This document shows, in pieces, positions 59,504-64,000 of a stretch of DNA of 64,000 nucleotides (the stretch's first letter is position 1; the number at the start of each line of letters is the position of its first letter). The translations under genes were made by a program, and so were the position numbers. Source of the DNA: an uncultured delta proteobacterium. Lineage in GTDB: Bacteria; Myxococcota; B64-G9. The notes beneath the pieces are model-generated. The model was not told where the DNA came from and ran no database searches. It was given only the letters and a program-made list of their open reading frames with translations. Location: the NCBI GenBank assembly GCA_963754925.1, contig CAVWHX010000003.1:640001-704000 (forward strand), in the 5' to 3' direction.

Positions 59504-60892
59504 ATGAGCACCCCACACGGCATCAACCGGGCATTGATCGTAGAAGACGATCAATCGAGCCGGTCGGTTATAAGCGAAGTCTGTAGCTCATTGAATATGG
59601 ATGTCCACGAGGCCGAACGTGGCGATGAGGGTCTTAGACTTATTGAAGGCAACGACTACAGTCTGCTGCTATCCGACTATATGATGCCCGGGATAGACGG
59701 GATCGAGCTGGTGGAAAAGGCGCGGATTTTGCGCCCCGAAATTCCGATCATTCTGATAACTGCTTACGCCACGGTTGACCGAGCGGTGCGAGCGATGACG
59801 GCAGGAGCTGATCACGTCTTAGAAAAACCGATCAAGCCTTCAGCGCTGCGCGACGTGGTCCAGGCGATCATCGCCCGCAAGAACAAGTGTTTTGAGAAAC
59901 CCGATCAGGCACATACGAAACGTTCAACGCCGCTCGGCAACCGGTTTATCAGCCTCTTTCAGGGGAGGATGCAACACCTGGCGCAACTCATGGAGCGAGT
60001 CTCCGAGACAACCTGCACGGTTCTCATCACGGGCGAAAGCGGCACGGGAAAAGAACTCGTCGCGCGCGCCATTCACGAGCACTCTCAGCGAAGCTCTGGT
60101 CCTTTCGTCCCGGTCAACTGTGGCGCCATCCCCGAAACGCTCCTCGAAAGCGAACTGTTCGGTTACCAGCGGGGCGCCTTCAGCGGCGCATTTCGGGATC
60201 GGCCAGGTCGGTTTGCTCTGGCCGATGGCGGCACTATCTTTCTCGATGAAATCGGTGAAATGTCGCCAGCGTTTCAGGTAAAACTTCTGCGCGTGCTGCA
60301 GGAGCACTGCTTTGAACCCGTAGGCTCGGTCAAACCGGTGAGTTCCGATTTTCGGGTGATCGCCGCCACCCACCGCAACCTTCAAGAAATGGTCGAGCAC
60401 GGCACATTCCGCGAGGACCTGTTCTACCGACTCAATGTCATGGAGATCGCCATTCCGCCCTTGCGCGAACGCAGCGAGGACATCGGCATGCTGCTTGATC
60501 ACTTCGTGGAAAAATACAGCGAGCGGTACCAGCTTGAGGTGAAAACCGGCGACGAGCGCCTGCTCGCCGCTCTGCAACAATACCACTGGCAGGGCAACGT
60601 CCGAGAAATGGAAAACCTTATCGAGCGAATGTGCATCATCAAGAACAAGGGAACGCTTGAACCCGGCGATCTGCCCCCGCACATCTTCTGCAGCCCGGCT
60701 TCCCCCCAAGCCGAATCACGCTCGTTGCCCGAGGAAGGCACCGATTTCTACCAAGCAGTCGAGGATTTTGAAAACACGTTGATTACCCAAGCCCTGCAAC
60801 GCAGCAAGGGAAATAAAAACCGCGCCGCATCCATCCTGTCCCTCAACCGCACAACGCTGATCGAGAAGATGAAGAAAAAAGGGATGAAATAG
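59504..60892 (+). CDS. Sigma-54-dependent response regulator (REC-AAA-Fis)
   Basis: Receiver DYMMPG; GESGTGKE; ESELFG..GAFSGA; FREDLFYRL; LNRTTLIEK. Confidence 0.93.
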   Translation: MSTPHGINRALIVEDDQSSRSVISEVCSSLNMDVHEAERGDEGLRLIEGNDYSLLLSDYMMPGIDGIELVEKARILRPEIPIILITAYATVDRAVRAMTAGADHVLEKPIKPSALRDVVQAIIARKNKCFEKPDQAHTKRSTPLGNRFISLFQGRMQHLAQLMERVSETTCTVLITGESGTGKELVARAIHEHSQRSSGPFVPVNCGAIPETLLESELFGYQRGAFSGAFRDRPGRFALADGGTIFLDEIGEMSPAFQVKLLRVLQEHCFEPVGSVKPVSSDFRVIAATHRNLQEMVEHGTFREDLFYRLNVMEIAIPPLRERSEDIGMLLDHFVEKYSERYQLEVKTGDERLLAALQQYHWQGNVREMENLIERMCIIKNKGTLEPGDLPPHIFCSPASPQAESRSLPEEGTDFYQAVEDFENTLITQALQRSKGNKNRAASILSLNRTTLIEKMKKKGMK

Positions 60893-60933
60893 GGACTGTT
60901 ACGAGCGAGGCGAGATGGGGCTCGGCATATAAC

Positions 60934-61865
60934 TTACGAGCGGTGTTTGTTGAGCCAGGCAAGAACGTCTTTGAAAACCTCGTCGCGGTTTATCTCATTG
61001 AGCATCTCGTGTCGGCCGTCTGGATAGAATTTATATGAAACGTCCTTGATGCCGGCCTTGAGAAAGTCCTTATATACTTGGAGGACTCCCTTTGTTTTCC
61101 TGCCCAAGGGGCACAAGGTTCCTGAAAATAAATATATGGGCAGATTCTTAGGAATCTTAACAATATTCTCGAACGTATTGATGTAAAACAGACCTTTGAT
61201 AATATCACAATAAAAACCAACGGAACATACATTGCCGCAAAAGGGATCGTTAATGTACGTATCGACCTCGGCAGTGTCCCGGGAAAGCCAATCAAATTCC
61301 GTCCGATTAGGTTTGAACGAGTTGTTGTACCTCCCGAAAAAAAGTTTATTCATCGTCGGACTTTTGGCTTTCTTTCCCTTCTTTCTTGCTTCTCGCTTTC
61401 CAATGAAGAGGGCAATCTTTCCGCCGAGTCCGGGATCGCCGCCGGTTGCGGATAGAACCAGGCCCGAAATTTCATTACCATAGAGTATCGCGTAGTGGCG
61501 CGCGAGAAACGACCCCATGCTTTGCCCGAAGAGAAATACCGGAACCTGTGGATTCTCCTTGTAATGATTCCGGTCAAAGCATGCAAGTCGTCCACAACCT
61601 TTTCCCACCCATTCTCAGCGGCGAAATACCCCACGCTATCTACCGACCCCGCCGTTTTACCGTGGCCGCGGTGGTCATTGGCATAGACCGCATATCCGGT
61701 GTCAACGAGCACTTTGGCAAATCGTTCGTAGCGCGCGGCGTGTTCCACCATTCCATGCGAGATCTGAACGACTGCTTTGATATCAGATTGGGAATCCGGC
61801 AGCCAGCGGTAGACGAATATCTTCGCAGTATCGGGAGCAGAATAGGTAAATGAATCAGTTCTCAC
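60934..61865 (-). CDS. Lysophospholipase-like alpha/beta hydrolase, frameshifted near 61560
   Basis: SHGMVEH, DHRGHG, then GQSMG, WLSRD, RHEMLNE in the next frame; one missing A in att-aca-agg. Confidence 0.8.
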
Positions 61866-61990
61866 AATGGATCTCTTCCTTAATACTATCTTTTATCTGT
61901 ATTCATAAAAATAATGGCGTGAACGCTCGAGCCAAGAAAATCAGCTTTTTGATACCATCAACGCCTATGAAAAAAAGAGTTATCGAGCGC

Positions 61991-62956
61991 TCAGGCCGAT
62001 TGGGACCTAGAACGGTACTTCTTAAGCCATGAGATTACGTCTTGTGTTACCTCTTCGCGGTTTAGCTCATTGAGCATCTCATGTCGGCCATCGGGGTAGA
62101 ACTTGTAGGAAACATCTTTTATGCCAGCTTTTACAAGGTCTTTGTATGTTTGGAGAACTCCCTTGGTTTTCCCGCTCCAGGGGGTTTTTGCGCCCACGGG
62201 GTCGAGGGCTCCGGAGAACAAATAGATGGGCAGATTTTTGGGAATATTCCGGACGTTTTCTAACCTGTTGATGAAAAAGAGGCCCTCGATAACATCATAA
62301 TAAAAACCGGCGGATCCAATATTGCCGCAGAAGGGATCATTGATATATTTATCGACCTCAGTGGCGTCCCGGGAAAGCCAGTCGAATTGCGTTCGAGAAG
62401 GCTTGATACCTTTGTTGTACCTCCCAAACATGAGTTTGTTCATGGTCGGGCTTTTGGCGCTCCATCCCTTCTTCTTGGCCTCTCGCTTCGCAACAAGCAG
62501 GCCGATCTTTCCGCCGATGCCGGGATCGCCGCCGGTTCCCGACAGAACCAGGCCTGAGATTTCGTTGCCATACAGCATCGCATAGTGGCGCGCGAAAAAC
62601 GAACCCATACTGTGCCCGAAAAGGAACACGGGAACCCGAGGATTTTCCTTCTTGATGATTCCGGTCAGCGTGTGCAGGTCATCCACCACTTTTTCCCAGC
62701 CCTTCTCATCGGCGAAGTGCCCGACGTGATCTACTGACCCCGCTGTTTTCCCGTGACCGCGGAGATCATTGGCATAAACCGCATAGCCGGCTTCAACGAG
62801 CGCCTGAGCAAATCGTTCGTAGCGCGCCGCGTGCTCTACCATACCGTGAGTTATCTGAATGGCGGCTTTAATATCAGAGGGTGAATCCGGCAGCCATCGA
62901 TACGTGAAGATCTGGGTTCCGTCAGGTACCTTAAAGGTAAAGGCTTCACTTTTCAT
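61991..62956 (-). CDS. Lysophospholipase-like alpha/beta hydrolase (paralog)
   Basis: THGMVEH, DLRGHG, GHSMG, GALDPV, RHEMLNE. Confidence 0.9.
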   Translation of the reverse strand: MKSEAFTFKVPDGTQIFTYRWLPDSPSDIKAAIQITHGMVEHAARYERFAQALVEAGYAVYANDLRGHGKTAGSVDHVGHFADEKGWEKVVDDLHTLTGIIKKENPRVPVFLFGHSMGSFFARHYAMLYGNEISGLVLSGTGGDPGIGGKIGLLVAKREAKKKGWSAKSPTMNKLMFGRYNKGIKPSRTQFDWLSRDATEVDKYINDPFCGNIGSAGFYYDVIEGLFFINRLENVRNIPKNLPIYLFSGALDPVGAKTPWSGKTKGVLQTYKDLVKAGIKDVSYKFYPDGRHEMLNELNREEVTQDVISWLKKYRSRSQSA

Positions 62957-63048
62957 TGTCGCGTTCCTCCATGTAACTGTTGGTAACGATTCCACAGTAA
63001 CAGGGTGCGGACACATGAGTTGTGATTCTGGGAATATCCATTATCGTG

Positions 63049-63648
63049 TCAAACCAAATCCCATGATGCCATAATGATGGCACTTCGTGTTTCTGTTGAT
63101 ATCCGCTCTATTACGGCCCGCCCGTTAACCCCATAAAAAGAGAAAAGAGCCTGTATGAATGCCGCAATGGTGACGATTAGAATTCGACTGTTGACCATAA
63201 CCAGCGGCAGACCGTTCAATGAAACCTGGGCAGCATCAAGGCCATCCTCGACGACCGAAAGTTCGCCACAGTTGCGGTAAATACTTTTCCACAAGTGCGG
63301 TGAAACCCTGATGAAGGTACCGGGCCCAATTTTGAAAACGCTCAACGCGGCTTTAATGAACGGGCTTATCATCGACGAGTTAATCGAGTAACTGAGGGCC
63401 TTCAAACCCCAGTCATAGAGTCCTTCCTCGCCAATCTCAGCAGCCACGCTCTCACTGAGCTCTATGTTGTATTCCACGGGCAGCCATTGATCTTCCTTAG
63501 CCTGTTGAATGTCCTTTAAGGCCGCCTTAGAAAATCGTTCAAGAACCCGTTTCCTTACCGCGGCATCGAAGGATTCAAGCGCCTTGATCTTACTGAGAAG
63601 CTGGCGGCAGCGAATCTCGGGTCGTTTCTCAAGAACACTCAACATCAA
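63049..63648 (-). CDS. Hypothetical protein (myxobacterial DUF2378/V4R-like)
   Basis: 199-aa ORF with GAGGAG RBS; WLPVE..LWKSIYRNCG..W pattern. Confidence 0.6.
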   Translation of the reverse strand: MMLSVLEKRPEIRCRQLLSKIKALESFDAAVRKRVLERFSKAALKDIQQAKEDQWLPVEYNIELSESVAAEIGEEGLYDWGLKALSYSINSSMISPFIKAALSVFKIGPGTFIRVSPHLWKSIYRNCGELSVVEDGLDAAQVSLNGLPLVMVNSRILIVTIAAFIQALFSFYGVNGRAVIERISTETRSAIIMASWDLV

Positions 63649-63940
63649 CTCCTCTTGCGAATCGGACTAACCAGTTGATTTGCGGGGCGAACAAGAATAA
63701 ACCGCCGCTTTCTATTCAGGCATCAAAAAAAATCATCTATCAAATAGAACCTATCCGTTCAACCCCTGCGTTGTCAATAACCAACAAAGAAATAGTCAAA
63801 AGCATGACCCGGTTGAGGTGCCCTTCTGTCAAAGCATTGACTAGTGACCAGTAAATCGGGGTTGCGGGCGTGACTAGATAAAACAAAATATCTTTTTAAA
63901 ACAATCAACTAACATCAATTTTCGAACATTCTCGTCTTCC

Positions 63941-63956
63941 TGGCATGTGCTTTGCA
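63941..63956 (+). promoter_or_regulatory. Sigma-54 promoter for a gene starting at 63981
   Basis: TGGCAT-GTGCT-TTGCA followed by GGAGG and ATG. Confidence 0.65.
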
Positions 63957-64000
63957 AAAACCAAATGAGAGGAGGATGTAATGTACCGAGCGCACGGACC

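Noticed and set aside
1..64000. tRNA, rRNA or prophage
   Set aside because: No cloverleaf or rRNA signature noticed; phage-tail-like genes are explained by the T6SS.

Overview
Bacterial chromosomal segment, probably Myxococcota or another deltaproteobacterium (inferred from gene content), with many single-base indels, mostly in short homopolymers, that look like long-read assembly errors. The left half is metabolic and housekeeping: two AUR1/PAP2-like lipid phosphotransferase paralogs around a GtrA gene, FadL, an OYE-type reductase, a Cys-rich lipoprotein, a metX-metW fusion, an IclR-led panE/ThDP/ilvD/GMC operon, a PAS hybrid kinase and a comM-recA pair behind a sigma-54 motif. About 28-57 kb is a type VI secretion locus with all 13 core genes (tssA, hcp, tssJKLM, tssBCEFGH, vgrG), four of them frameshifted as read, plus a PAAR-like/M91-peptidase effector, a candidate immunity gene and a DUF2169 adaptor. 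Its accessory set is unusual: a single-chain TssB-TssC-like protein, an FHA-FHA-TM-lytic transglycosylase, a probable TssL-FHA fusion and a TIR-like protein coupled to tssH. A family of short palindromic elements occurs in tandem, nested, and inserted into REP-like repeats. The right end has a decaying flagellar-type module (sigma-28 promoter, kinase, motA/motB chimera), a sigma-54 activator and tandem lipases. No rRNA, tRNA or CRISPR array was seen. All family assignments come from motif recognition by eye; no database search was run.
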